This document shows, one piece after another, positions 53,467 through 63,961 of a DNA stretch of 64,000 nucleotides. A program made the translations under genes and the position numbers. The notes beneath the pieces are model-generated. The model did not search any database. It saw only the letters and a list, made by a program, of their open reading frames with translations, and was not told where the DNA came from. This DNA is from an uncultured Acidobacteriota bacterium. GTDB lineage: Bacteria; Acidobacteriota; Terriglobia; Terriglobales; SCQP01. The stretch spans positions 3,056 through 67,055 of the forward strand of contig CALEJU010000005.1 of NCBI GenBank assembly GCA_937898755.1, read 5' to 3'. Position 1 is the stretch's first letter. Each line of letters starts with the position of its first letter.

Positions 53467-53997
53467 TCACCGGACGCGTTGCTCGTCCCCGCTCTTTTCT
53501 ACCTTCCAGGTTTTCCCGTCATCAGAGCCTTGCAGCTCAAAGTGAATCTTGTCCGTTCCAGAGAACACGTTGACGTTCCTGCCGTAAACTTTTTTCCCGT
53601 TCTGCGTACCTTCCCACGAATAGACCCACCGGTTACCGACGATTGTCAGCTTGCCCCAGTCACCCGGTGTTCTTGCGTTGGGTCTGAGCGCCTGCGTGCG
53701 ATATTCCTCGCCCCCCGTGGGCAGTTTCGCAACGGGCAGGAAGACCGACAGCCCTCCAACCTTCCCGTTAATCGTTTGCTCGCAGACGAAGAAAAGCCCG
53801 GTCTTCGCGCAGTGATTTTCGATACGGGTGCTTTTCTGTCCACCAGCCGCCGGTGCGACGTCCCACTGGCCGTCGTACAGCCGCAAGGGCGCATAGGCAT
53901 CGTCTGCGGCGTTCGCTCCCCGGCCCCTCGCTGCACTGATTCCCGTCAATGTCGTCGTCGCGGCAACGAGGATCAACAATTGTTGGATTCTGTTCAT
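53467..53997 (-). CDS. Hypothetical secreted protein
   Basis: Signal peptide MNRIQQLLILVAATTTLTGISAA. A beta-rich mature part with W/Y/G pattern. Family not recognised. Confidence 0.5.
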   Translation of the reverse strand: MNRIQQLLILVAATTTLTGISAARGRGANAADDAYAPLRLYDGQWDVAPAAGGQKSTRIENHCAKTGLFFVCEQTINGKVGGLSVFLPVAKLPTGGEEYRTQALRPNARTPGDWGKLTIVGNRWVYSWEGTQNGKKVYGRNVNVFSGTDKIHFELQGSDDGKTWKVEKSGDEQRVR

Positions 53998-54040
53998 GGT
54001 CTCCAGGGAAGCAAAGCTGCCGCAGGTCTTCCTTCTTTCC

Positions 54041-56314
54041 TTACAGAAACAGCGGCGCCATCACCAGCGTGATGGTGGCCAGCAGCTTGATCAGCACGTG
54101 CAGCGACGGGCCGGCGGTGTCTTTGAAGGGATCGCCCACCGTATCGCCGACCACGGCCGCCTTGTGGGCCTCGGACTTCTTGCCGCCGTAGTTGCCCATC
54201 TCGATGAACTTCTTGGCGTTGTCCCAGGCCCCGCCGCCGTTGTTCATCAAGGTGGCGACCAGGATGCCGGTGATCGTGCCGACCATCAGGAAGGCCGCCA
54301 CCGCCTCGGCGCCGATCAGGTTAACGCCGCCCGTGGCCACCAGTTCCGATCCCCCAACGTTGAATCCGGTCAGATATCGGAAACTCACGCCCACCGCGAT
54401 CGGCATGCCGACCGCCAGCAGGCCTGGCACCACCATCTCGCGCAAGGAGGCGCGGGTGACGATATCCACGCAGGCGCGATAGTCGGGCTTGCTGGTACCC
54501 AGCATGATGCCGGGATTTTCTTTAAATTGCCGTCGCACGTCGCTGATGACGTACTGCGCGGCCTTGCCCACCGCCTTGATGGCGAAAGAACTGAACAGGA
54601 ACACCAGCATGGCGCCCAACATGCCGCCCACAAACACCGGCACGCTGGCGAGATTGATGTTATTGAATTCGAAATTCAGGCCGGCGTGTGCCCGGTTGAC
54701 CAGTGCCGCCACCTCGTCCAGATAGGCCGAGAAAAGCAGGAAGGCGGCCAGCGCGGCGCTGCCGATGGCGTAGCCCTTGGTGAGCGCCTTGGTGGTGTTG
54801 CCGACCGCGTCGAGGCGGTCGGTCTTGGCGCGGATCTCATCCGGCTGGCCGGACATTTCGATGATGCCGCCGGCGTTGTCGGTGATCGGTCCGAAGGTGT
54901 CCATCGCCAGAATGTAGGCGGCCGTGGAGAGCATGCCCATGGTGGCCACGGCGGTACCGTAGATGCCGGCACCATAAGGCTTGATGACGATACCGGTCCC
55001 CATCACGGCTTCCTGCATGCCGCGCAGGCCCAGCCAGTAGGAGAGCAGAATCGCCACGCCGATCACCAACACCGGCAGCGCGGGCGTCTCGAAACCGATG
55101 GCCAATCCAGCGATGATGTTGGTTGCCGATCCGGTCCGCGAAGCCTCGGCGATCATCTTCACCGGCCGGTAGCGATACTCGGTGTAGTACTGCGTGATGT
55201 AGACGAAGGCGAAGGCGGCCAGAATTCCCACCACGCCCGCCATGAAAAACCAGAGGTTGGCCCTCAGGAGTTCATGCACCGCCACCCAGAAGCCGACGAT
55301 GGCCAGCGCGGTGGTGAGGTAGTAGCCACGGTTCAGCGCGTCCATCGGGTCCCGATCCTCGCGGGTGCGGACGATGAGGATACCGCAGGTCGAGGCGATC
55401 AGGCCGAAGGCGCGGGCAACCAGCGGAAAGAGGATGCCGCGCAGCCCGAAGACCGGATAGAGGGTGATGCCCAGAATCATGGCGCCGACGTTCTCGGCCG
55501 CCGTCGACTCGAACAGATCGGCGCCACGGCCGGCACAGTCGCCGACGTTGTCGCCCACCAGGTCGGCGATCACCGCCGCGTTGCGCGGGTCGTCCTCGGG
55601 AATCCCCGCCTCCACCTTGCCGACCAGATCGGCGCCCACGTCCGCCGCCTTGGTGTAAATGCCGCCCCCCAACTGGGCAAACAGCGCCACGAAGCTCGCC
55701 CCAAACCCGAAGCCGACCACTTGGTAGGGCACCTGCTGCGGGAACTCCAGACCGTGGAAGAGGTAAAACAGGCCGCCGACTCCGAGCAGCGACAGCGACA
55801 CCACCACAAGTCCGGTCACCGCCCCGCCCCGCAAGGCGATCTGCATGGCGCGGTTCAGGCTGGTCCGCGCCGCGCTGGCGGTGCGGATATTGGTGCGGAT
55901 CGAGACGTACATCCCGGTAAATCCGGCCAAGCCCGAGCAGAACGCCCCCAACAGGAACGAGATGACCGTTTTTACCGCCAACGGGGCATTCGCATCCGAG
56001 GCGCGGTACCCGAAGAAAATGAGCGCCGCCAACACGATGCTCATCAGGGCGATGGTGCGGTATTGCCGGCTGAGAAACGCCTCAGCCCCTTCGCGGATGG
56101 CATCCGAGATGGCGCGCATGCCTTCCGTGCCGGTGTCGGCGCGCAAGACCCACCACGCGAATCCGGCGGCGACCATTAACGCCAGGGCACTGATGACGAG
56201 CGCCACGCCAAGCCAGCCCCGACCCTCGCTCAATGACAGGGAATCCTGCCAAAAGGCGGCGGTCACGTGCAGCGGTTCGAGAGTCGGCATCGTCAAGCCA
56301 AGGGGGAACGTCAT
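54041..56314 (-). CDS. hppA: Membrane-bound H+-translocating pyrophosphatase, K+-independent type
   Basis: GGGIYTKAADVGADLVGKVE, DNVGDCAG and GNTTKALTKGYAIGSAAL motifs. The K and T in GNTTKAxTKG are the K+-independence signature. Start at the ATG at 56314 (GGAGAA upstream); the ORF track extends to 56356. Confidence 0.9.
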   Translation of the reverse strand: MTFPLGLTMPTLEPLHVTAAFWQDSLSLSEGRGWLGVALVISALALMVAAGFAWWVLRADTGTEGMRAISDAIREGAEAFLSRQYRTIALMSIVLAALIFFGYRASDANAPLAVKTVISFLLGAFCSGLAGFTGMYVSIRTNIRTASAARTSLNRAMQIALRGGAVTGLVVVSLSLLGVGGLFYLFHGLEFPQQVPYQVVGFGFGASFVALFAQLGGGIYTKAADVGADLVGKVEAGIPEDDPRNAAVIADLVGDNVGDCAGRGADLFESTAAENVGAMILGITLYPVFGLRGILFPLVARAFGLIASTCGILIVRTREDRDPMDALNRGYYLTTALAIVGFWVAVHELLRANLWFFMAGVVGILAAFAFVYITQYYTEYRYRPVKMIAEASRTGSATNIIAGLAIGFETPALPVLVIGVAILLSYWLGLRGMQEAVMGTGIVIKPYGAGIYGTAVATMGMLSTAAYILAMDTFGPITDNAGGIIEMSGQPDEIRAKTDRLDAVGNTTKALTKGYAIGSAALAAFLLFSAYLDEVAALVNRAHAGLNFEFNNINLASVPVFVGGMLGAMLVFLFSSFAIKAVGKAAQYVISDVRRQFKENPGIMLGTSKPDYRACVDIVTRASLREMVVPGLLAVGMPIAVGVSFRYLTGFNVGGSELVATGGVNLIGAEAVAAFLMVGTITGILVATLMNNGGGAWDNAKKFIEMGNYGGKKSEAHKAAVVGDTVGDPFKDTAGPSLHVLIKLLATITLVMAPLFL

Positions 56315-56573
56315 GCGATTTTTTCTCCAGAAAGCTGTGCGAAGCCTTCGCTGCAAAGCCTTGCAGGTCAGCTTCAGCCGTGTCGCGCACGGCAGACACA
56401 GAAACGCCCGGAATCATCCGGGCAAGGGGGAGTTTATAGCACACCGTTCCCGCCGTGCCAAAACCAATCGGTCAGGACCCCTCGGCAGGGGTTCCGTGGG
56501 CATGGGAGTGTGCGAGGGCCGGCCGGGGGATGGATTGGGGGCGCCCACGCGGGCGCGCCGCGTCGCACGACCC

Positions 56574-57776
56574 TTACTGCTGTAGCACCACCTGCTGGCC
56601 TTCCTGCAGCCCGGCCAACACCTCGGCCCGGGCGCCATTCGAGATGCCCAGACGGACCGGGACGCTCCGCATGCCAGTGGGTTGGCTGTGATCCGGCACT
56701 TGAACACTGGCCTTGCGGTCCTTGTCATAGATGACCGCCCCTTCCGGAACCGTCAGCACCGCCTTATGCTCCTCCAGCACGATTTCCGCGTTGGCCGTCA
56801 TGTTGGCCTTCAACAGATCTTCGGGGTTTTGGATCGAGACCCGAACCTCGAAGGTGGTGACGTTGTCTTTTTCCACGCCCAAGGGCGCGATCTTAGTCAC
56901 CCGGCCTTGGAACTTCTTGCCGGGGAACGACTCCACCGTAATGCGGGCTGGTTGCCCAAGCACCACCTTGCCGATATCGCTCTCATCCACCTTCCCTTTG
57001 ACGTAGACCTCGCGGATGTCACCCTCCGTCATGATGAGGGTCGCGGTGGAACCGAGCACGAGAATGGAGCTGACCGCGTCGCCGACTTCCACGTCGCGGG
57101 AGAGGATCTCGCCGTCAATAGGGGCAAGGATGGTGGCGTACCGCAATTCCTCCCGGGCGTTGTCGAGGGAGGCGCGCGTCTCCGCCACTTGCGCTTTCGC
57201 TTGCAGAATCTGGGCCTGCGAGACGGCCAGCGCGGCGTGCGCGACGGCCTGCTTGTTGTGCGCCAGATCGTAGTTCTTCTCCGCCTCGTCGAGAACTTGT
57301 TGCGCAATCAGGCCATCCTTGAACATTTGGCGCGACCGCACGAACTGGCGTTCGAGAAAGGGAACATCCACGCCTTCGGCGTCGACTTCATTGCGGGCCA
57401 GGGTCGCCTGCGCGGCACGCACGTTGGCCTCGGCGCTGGCGAGCTGCGCCTGGATCTCACGCACCTTGGCTTCCAGCTGGTCACGGTCCAGCTCCGCCAG
57501 CACCTGGCCGGCATGCACATGGTCGCCAGCGTCCACATAGAGCTTGCGCAGCAGGCCGCTGGCCTTGCTCTTGATTTGGACCACCTCCGTGACCGGCTGC
57601 ACCCGCCCAGTGGCCACCACCGAGCGCGCTAGATCCTCGCGCGTCACTTTGCTCAAACGGGTGGGGTCAATCGGCGGCCCGCCACGTCGCGCATGGGCGA
57701 CCGCCCAACCTCCCCCTAGAACCATTGCGCCCCCGATGGCCAGCCAGATCCAAACCCGTCGCTGTTTGGCGGTCAA
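56574..57776 (-). CDS. Efflux periplasmic adaptor, MacA/HlyD family
   Basis: TM anchor WIWLAIGGAMVLGGGW, GRVQPV...VQIKSKASG.L..L.V..GD.V..GQ.LAELD, and a long coiled coil. Proposed TTG start at 57776 with GGAGG 7 nt upstream, because there is no in-frame ATG before the TM anchor. Confidence 0.7.
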   Translation of the reverse strand: MTAKQRRVWIWLAIGGAMVLGGGWAVAHARRGGPPIDPTRLSKVTREDLARSVVATGRVQPVTEVVQIKSKASGLLRKLYVDAGDHVHAGQVLAELDRDQLEAKVREIQAQLASAEANVRAAQATLARNEVDAEGVDVPFLERQFVRSRQMFKDGLIAQQVLDEAEKNYDLAHNKQAVAHAALAVSQAQILQAKAQVAETRASLDNAREELRYATILAPIDGEILSRDVEVGDAVSSILVLGSTATLIMTEGDIREVYVKGKVDESDIGKVVLGQPARITVESFPGKKFQGRVTKIAPLGVEKDNVTTFEVRVSIQNPEDLLKANMTANAEIVLEEHKAVLTVPEGAVIYDKDRKASVQVPDHSQPTGMRSVPVRLGISNGARAEVLAGLQEGQQVVLQQ

Positions 57777-57899
57777 TCGTCGTCCTCCCCGGTGCCGGGA
57801 CTCGCAACTTGCGTGCCCGGCATGGGATACGGACGAGCGGGCTAGAATGTTCCATTGCAGGCACGGGACAGGGACGGTCCCGCCGGCACGCGCTCCCCC

Positions 57900-59267
57900 A
57901 TGCCGCCCCCTTCCATCTTTCCCTTGCTGGGCTTCCTCTTGCTGCTGGCGGCCAATGGCTTCTTTGTGGCAGCCGAGTTTGCCCTGCTGACACTGCGCCA
58001 CACCCAGGTCCAGCGCCTCGTCGAACGCGGCTTGGCGGGCGCCCGCGCCGTTCAGCGACTGCAGGCGCAGATGGGCACACTCTTGAGCGCCGTGCAACTG
58101 GGTGTCACGCTGTGCGCCTTGGGCTTGGGCTGGGCGGTCCAGCCGGTCGTGCTCCACATGTTGCTGCCGTTGCTCGCACACGGCACGTGGACCGCCCTAC
58201 AACTGCGCTGGTTGCATGGGCTGTTGGCCGGGCTGGCGTTCGTCCTGGTGACCCTGCTCGACATCGTCCTTGCGGAACTGGTACCCAAAGGGCTGGCCCT
58301 GCGCCACAACGAGCGTCTGGCCCTGGCGATTGCCCTCCCCATGGAAGCCTTCATCCGGCTCACCTCACCCCTGCATGGCCTCATCAGTGGCGCCGCGCGC
58401 GCCGTGCTGCGTCCGTTTGGGGCCGATGGCTCGCTTTCCTGGGAACGCGCCCATTCCCCCGATGAGCTGAAAATGCTGGCCGGCGCCAGCGTGCACCTCG
58501 GCCATATCGGCCAGCCGCAAGCCGACATGATTGAGCACGTGCTCGAATTGCATGAGCTTGCCGTGCGTGAAATCATGACACCGCGTCACGATGTTCTCGC
58601 CCTGCCCATCAACACCCCGTTGAGCGCCGCCCTCGCCTTTCTGGCCTCCCATCCCCGCTCCCGCATCCCCGTCTACGAAGGCAGCCTCGATCACCTGGTG
58701 GGCGTGCTCTACGCCAAGGATCTGGTGCGCTGGGCGGGCGCCTCCCGACAGCGCGCCCCGGAACCGCAACACCTGCGCGGGTTGCTGCGCCGCCTGCCCA
58801 TTCTTCCGGAAAGCAAGCCGGTGGATCAGCTGCTGCGCGAGTTCCAAACCGGTCATGCCCACATGGCCGCGGTCGTGGATGAATTCGGAACGTTCGCCGG
58901 CGTGGTCACCGTGGAAGACGTGCTGGAACAGATCGTCGGCGAGGTCCGTGATGAATACGATCTGGAGATTGAACCCGGTCGCCCCTCCACCGCCGGACCG
59001 GGCGCGATGCCCGCCGGAGAGGCGGTCGTTCTCGACGGTCTGACCAGCCTGCGCGATCTGGAGGAGTTGCACGGCGTGGAGTTGCCGCGCGACGAATCCT
59101 ACGAGACGCTGGCCGGGTTCCTGCTCTTCCGGTTGGGTGACCTTCCACACGGTGGCGAGATGGTCGCTGTCCCACCATTCCGCCTGACCATTCTCACCAT
59201 GGCCGGCCACCGCGTCGGGCAGGTGCGGGTCGAGCGCGTCGCACCGCCCCCTGATGGTCACGGCTAG
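57900..59267 (+). CDS. CNNM/HlyC/CorC-family protein (DUF21 TM domain + CBS pair + CorC_HlyC)
   Basis: NGFFVAAEFAL..L (DUF21), a CBS region (VREIMTPR...), and AAVVDEFGTFAGVVTVEDVLEQIVGE. Confidence 0.8.
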   Translation: MPPPSIFPLLGFLLLLAANGFFVAAEFALLTLRHTQVQRLVERGLAGARAVQRLQAQMGTLLSAVQLGVTLCALGLGWAVQPVVLHMLLPLLAHGTWTALQLRWLHGLLAGLAFVLVTLLDIVLAELVPKGLALRHNERLALAIALPMEAFIRLTSPLHGLISGAARAVLRPFGADGSLSWERAHSPDELKMLAGASVHLGHIGQPQADMIEHVLELHELAVREIMTPRHDVLALPINTPLSAALAFLASHPRSRIPVYEGSLDHLVGVLYAKDLVRWAGASRQRAPEPQHLRGLLRRLPILPESKPVDQLLREFQTGHAHMAAVVDEFGTFAGVVTVEDVLEQIVGEVRDEYDLEIEPGRPSTAGPGAMPAGEAVVLDGLTSLRDLEELHGVELPRDESYETLAGFLLFRLGDLPHGGEMVAVPPFRLTILTMAGHRVGQVRVERVAPPPDGHG

Positions 59268-59303
59268 AGAACGGGGCCCGACGCGCCACCCGTCTGAATC
59301 AGA

Positions 59304-60578
59304 GTGCATCTCACCAGGAAGATGAGTTTCTTCGTTACAGTGAAATCCATGGCGCGCTTCCGAACCGCGGCTCAGCCGGCATGGCGTCTGGCGACAATGG
59401 CCGGCATGCTGGTGTGTTGCCTTCATGCCGCGGCAACGTTGCGCGTTGCGCCACATGTTGCGTCACATGACGAGCCGCGCACCGGCTTCGATCACTTTTA
59501 CAACCTCGAGTACGACGCGGCGTTGGCCGACTTCGAGTCGCAAGTTCAAGCCCAGCCGACGGCGGCGGCTTGGAATCACGTGGCGCAGACTTATCTCTAC
59601 CGCGAAATGTACCGTGTCGGCGCGCTAGCCAGCCAACTCTATGGACATGGCGATCCATTTCTCGATGAACCGTTGCGACCGGTGAGCCCGGCGGCCGCGC
59701 AGCAGTTCCTGGCGGCCAACCAACGCGCCTTGGATCTGGCCACCGCGGCCCTCACCGCCCACCCGGAGAGTGCCGCTGCTCACTACGACGCCGCTGTCGC
59801 CCTCGCCATGCGAGGGACCTATGAGTTTGTCCTGAAGAAAACCTACTTTGCGGCCTTGAGCAGCGCTCTGAAGGCGCGCAAAGAAGCGGAACGCGCCCTC
59901 GAGCTCGATCCGCGCCTGATTGATCCACGCCTCATTCTCGGCGTGCACAACTACATCGCCGGCAGCCTGCCGTTCACCGTGCGGATGATGGCCGCCGTGA
60001 CCGGTCTGGCGGGCAACAAACAACGCGGCCTGGCGCAGATCCGCGAAGTGGCCAGTGCCGGACACGGCGCCCGCACCGACGCCCGCATCATGCTCTCGGT
60101 TATCTATCGCCGCGAAGGTTGGAATCGAGACGTGCTGCCCATCCTGGACGAGTTGGCGCGGCAGTACCCTCGCAACTTCCTCTTCCAAGTGGAGGAAGCC
60201 GAGGCGGCCGAAGCCGCCGGCTTGCATACCCAGGCGTTGCAGGGCTACCAAACCGTTCTGGCGCGCGCTGCCGCGCATGCGCCAGGCAGTGTCTCCATAC
60301 CCTTGGACAAGGTCTGGTACGACATCGGCAATATCCATCGCCTGTTTTCGCGTTTCGACGACGCGCTGGCGGCCTACGCGGAAGTGGCGCGTGCGCCTCA
60401 CGCACAACCCCGTTATGTGGCGGCCGCCGCCCTCGCAGCGGGCCAAGTCAATGACCAGCTTGGCAGACGTAACCTGGCCGTCGCGCAGTATCAGCGCGCC
60501 GCCGCCGCCGCCCCCCACTCCCTTGCCGCGAAAGCCGCCCGGCGCTATCTCGACCATCCCTTCCGCCCCAGAAGGTAA
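59304..60578 (+). CDS. TPR-repeat protein (hypothetical), probably exported
   Basis: N-terminal hydrophobic segment and several A/L/Y-rich TPR-like helical pairs. No enzymatic motif. Confidence 0.5.
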   Translation: MHLTRKMSFFVTVKSMARFRTAAQPAWRLATMAGMLVCCLHAAATLRVAPHVASHDEPRTGFDHFYNLEYDAALADFESQVQAQPTAAAWNHVAQTYLYREMYRVGALASQLYGHGDPFLDEPLRPVSPAAAQQFLAANQRALDLATAALTAHPESAAAHYDAAVALAMRGTYEFVLKKTYFAALSSALKARKEAERALELDPRLIDPRLILGVHNYIAGSLPFTVRMMAAVTGLAGNKQRGLAQIREVASAGHGARTDARIMLSVIYRREGWNRDVLPILDELARQYPRNFLFQVEEAEAAEAAGLHTQALQGYQTVLARAAAHAPGSVSIPLDKVWYDIGNIHRLFSRFDDALAAYAEVARAPHAQPRYVAAAALAAGQVNDQLGRRNLAVAQYQRAAAAAPHSLAAKAARRYLDHPFRPRR

Positions 60579-60682
60579 GATCGCGACGTCGCAATGCGCC
60601 GCCCGCTTCCCAATTCCCACTCTCCAACTTTTCACTCGTCCCGGCCTTCGGCCGCTCCAGTGTCCGTTGCATACTGAACCCA

Positions 60683-61723
60683 ATGGCCGAAGTTCCCTAC
60701 GACGCCCTGTTGCTGCTCTCCTTCGGTGGACCCGAAAGCCCGGATGAAGTACTGCCCTTTCTGGAGAACGTGCTGCGCGGCCGCAACGTTCCCCGGGAAC
60801 GCATGCTGGAAGTCGCCGAGCATTACTCGCACTGCGGCGGCCGGAGCCCCATCAACGACCAGAACCGCGCGCTGATCGCCGCCCTGCAACAAGAACTGGC
60901 GGCGCGGGGCCCGCAACTCCCGATTTACTGGGGCAACCGCAATTGGCACCCCCTGCTTCCAGACACCATGCGCCGCATGCAGGCCGACGGGGTGCAGCAC
61001 GCACTGGTGTTCGTCACCTCCGCGTACAGCTCCTATTCCGGGTGCCGACAGTATCGCGAGGACGTCGCCCGGGCTCGCGAGGTGGTCGGACCGGCGGCGC
61101 CCGTCTGCGACAAACTGCGCGTCTTCTTCAATCACCCGGGCTTTATCGAAGCCATGAGCGACTGGGTGCGCGTGGCCTTGCAGGAACTCGCTCCCGCCGT
61201 GCGCTCCAAGGCGCGACTGGTGTTTACCGCACACAGCATCCCGGAGTCCATGGCGGCGAGCTGCGATTACGTTGTCCAGGTGCGCGAATCCAGTCGTCTG
61301 GTGGCGGCCCGTCTGGAGCGTCCCGAGTTCGACGTCGTTTACCAGAGCCGCAGCGGCCCGCCGACCCAGCCTTGGCTCGGCCCGGATGTGAATGACCACC
61401 TCCGCGACCTCGCCCGGCGCGGCGAAAAGGCAGTCGTCCTGGTTCCCATCGGTTTCGTCTCCGACCATATGGAGGTGGTGTTCGACCTCGACACGGAAGC
61501 GCGAGAGTCGGCGGCAGCATGCGGGCTGCCGCTCGTTCGTGCCGCCACGGTCGGAACCCATCCGGCGTTTGTCGGAATGATTCGCGATCTCATCGGCGAA
61601 CGGATCGCGGTCGCGCAGGGCACCCGCCCGGAACGTCCGGCCTTGGGCGTGCTGGGAGCCCGCGCCGACACCTGCGCCGTCGACTGCTGCCCGGCGCCCA
61701 TGACGAGGGGTGGAAGGCCTTAA
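60683..61723 (+). CDS. hemH: Ferrochelatase
   Basis: LLLSFGGPE, FTAHSIP and VPIGFVSDHMEV motifs. C-terminal Cys cluster (CAVDCCP). Confidence 0.9.
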   Translation: MAEVPYDALLLLSFGGPESPDEVLPFLENVLRGRNVPRERMLEVAEHYSHCGGRSPINDQNRALIAALQQELAARGPQLPIYWGNRNWHPLLPDTMRRMQADGVQHALVFVTSAYSSYSGCRQYREDVARAREVVGPAAPVCDKLRVFFNHPGFIEAMSDWVRVALQELAPAVRSKARLVFTAHSIPESMAASCDYVVQVRESSRLVAARLERPEFDVVYQSRSGPPTQPWLGPDVNDHLRDLARRGEKAVVLVPIGFVSDHMEVVFDLDTEARESAAACGLPLVRAATVGTHPAFVGMIRDLIGERIAVAQGTRPERPALGVLGARADTCAVDCCPAPMTRGGRP

Positions 61724-62161
61724 GCTCGCGGTCTCCTTCAAATTGAGGCGGCGCGCATTCGTGGCTGTTGCCGTCCTCGACGCCTCACCTGAAACCTTGA
61801 CGCAATGCGTTTGGGAGAGGGCGCGCCACGATGGCTCCGATCACTCGTGACCAGTCGCGACCTTGACTTGGCAGCCTCCGGCACCTTTGGAGCCGGGCGT
61901 GCTGTCGGCCTTGAGATTCCTCAAACTCGGCTCAGCGAGTTCGTCCGCATGGCGGCCGGCGGCGAGGCGATGCTGGTGCCTCGGGCAAGCAGCCCGCCGG
62001 ATGGGATCGCACGTTACCCGCTGTAACTGTGCGTTTGCCGCGTGCCGCACGTGTGCGCCGCGCGGCTTTTCTCTGCCCCGGCTCCCGCTCTTCCAGCATC
62101 GCATCCGCAGCGCGGATGCTACACTGAAAGTCAACCCCACTGCGTCAGGATTTCCCGCCCT

Positions 62162-63961
62162 TTGAAACTAGATATTCGCAACATTGCCATCATTGCCCAT
62201 GTGGACCACGGCAAGACCACCCTGGTCGACGCCATGCTCCGCCAGAGCGGCACGTTCCGCGCCAACCAGGCCCTCACCGACCGGGTGATGGACTCCAACG
62301 ATCTGGAACGCGAGCGCGGCATCACCATTCTGGCCAAGAACACCGCGGTGTTCTACCACGAGACCAAGATCAACATCGTCGACACGCCCGGCCACAGCGA
62401 CTTCGGTGGCGAGGTGGAGCGCGCCCTGCGCCTGGTGGACGGCGTGTTGCTTCTCGTGGACGCCAGCGAAGGTCCCTTGCCGCAGACGCGCTATGTCCTG
62501 CAGAAGGCGCTCGTCGCCAAGCTGCGCCCCATCCTGGTGCTCAACAAGATTGACCGCAGCGATGCCCGGCCGGCCGAGGTGCTCAACGAGGTCTACGACC
62601 TCTTCATCGACCTCGACGCCACCGAGGACCAGCTCGATTTCCCGGTGATCTATTGCAACGCCAAACAGGGCACCGCCACGCGCGACCTGCAGAAGCCGGG
62701 AGAGAACCTGCAGCCGCTGTTCGACGCGATCGTCTCCGGCCTTCCCGCCCCCGGGGGCGACGAGGCGGCGCCCTTGCAGCTCCAAATCGCCAACCTCGAC
62801 TACAGCGACTACTTCGGACGCATCGGCATCGGGCGCGTCTTCAACGGCGTGATTCAACGCGGCGCCGATGTCGCCATTGCCAAGCTCGACGGCACGCTGG
62901 TGCCGACACGTATCACCAAGCTGTTCACGTTCCGCGGCTTGAACCGCGATGAAGCGGAGTCGGTCGGTTGCGGCGATCTTGTCGCCCTGGCCGGCGTCGA
63001 GGGCATTCAGATCGGGGAAACCATCACCGAGGTGGATCGGCCTTCGCCCCTGCCCCGAATCACCATTGACGAGCCCACCATCGCCATGGTCTTCACGGTG
63101 AACACATCGCCCTTTGCCGGGCGCGAAGGGCAGTTCGTCACCTCCCGCCATTTGCGCGAACGCATGACGAAAGAGCTGCTCACCAACGTCTCCATCAAGG
63201 TCGAGGATCAGGCCACCACCGACGCCTTCCGCGTCCTCGGGCGCGGCGAGCTGCAGCTCGCCATCCTCATCGAGACCATGCGGCGCGAGGGCTTCGAACT
63301 CATGGTCGGCAAGCCGGAGATCGTCATTCGCGAGCGCGACGGCAAGAAACAGGAGCCCCTTGAGATTCTCGTGGTGGACTGCCCGGAGGAATTCATCGGC
63401 GTGGTCATCGAGAAGCTGGGACGCCGCAAGGGCCAGATGGGCAAAATGGTCAACCACGGCTCCGGACGGGTCCGCATGGAGTTCCGCATCCCAGCGCGCG
63501 GTTTGATCGGCCTGCGCAGCCAGCTCATGACCGACACGCGCGGCACGGCCTTGTTGAACTCACTCTTCGAGGGCTGGATTGAGTACCAGGGCGAGATGTC
63601 GAACCGTCCCAACGGCGTGTTGGTCTCCGACCGCTCAGGCGCCGCCACCACGTATGCCTTGAACAACCTGCAGGAGCGCGGCGAGCTGTTCATCGGCCCC
63701 GGCACCGAGGTCTACGAAGGCATGATCGCCGGCGAGAACGCCCGTGACGCTGATATGGACGTCAACGTCACCAAGGAGAAGAAGCTCACCAACATGCGCG
63801 CTTCCACCTCCGACGAGGCGATCCGGCTGATTCCCTTCCGCCCCTTGAACCTGGAGCAGGCACTCGACTTCATTGCCGAAGACGAGTACGTCGAGGTCAC
63901 CCCCAAGTCCATCCGCCTGCGCAAAAAGACGCTGGCCTTCAACAAGCGCAAGCGTAATTAA
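62162..63961 (+). CDS. typA: Translational GTPase TypA/BipA
   Basis: [31 protein letters not shown] and NKID G-motifs. About 599 aa from the TTG at 62162, which gives the usual short N-terminus. The ATG at 62042 would add ~40 non-conserved residues. Confidence 0.9.
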   Translation: MKLDIRNIAIIAHVDHGKTTLVDAMLRQSGTFRANQALTDRVMDSNDLERERGITILAKNTAVFYHETKINIVDTPGHSDFGGEVERALRLVDGVLLLVDASEGPLPQTRYVLQKALVAKLRPILVLNKIDRSDARPAEVLNEVYDLFIDLDATEDQLDFPVIYCNAKQGTATRDLQKPGENLQPLFDAIVSGLPAPGGDEAAPLQLQIANLDYSDYFGRIGIGRVFNGVIQRGADVAIAKLDGTLVPTRITKLFTFRGLNRDEAESVGCGDLVALAGVEGIQIGETITEVDRPSPLPRITIDEPTIAMVFTVNTSPFAGREGQFVTSRHLRERMTKELLTNVSIKVEDQATTDAFRVLGRGELQLAILIETMRREGFELMVGKPEIVIRERDGKKQEPLEILVVDCPEEFIGVVIEKLGRRKGQMGKMVNHGSGRVRMEFRIPARGLIGLRSQLMTDTRGTALLNSLFEGWIEYQGEMSNRPNGVLVSDRSGAATTYALNNLQERGELFIGPGTEVYEGMIAGENARDADMDVNVTKEKKLTNMRASTSDEAIRLIPFRPLNLEQALDFIAEDEYVEVTPKSIRLRKKTLAFNKRKRN

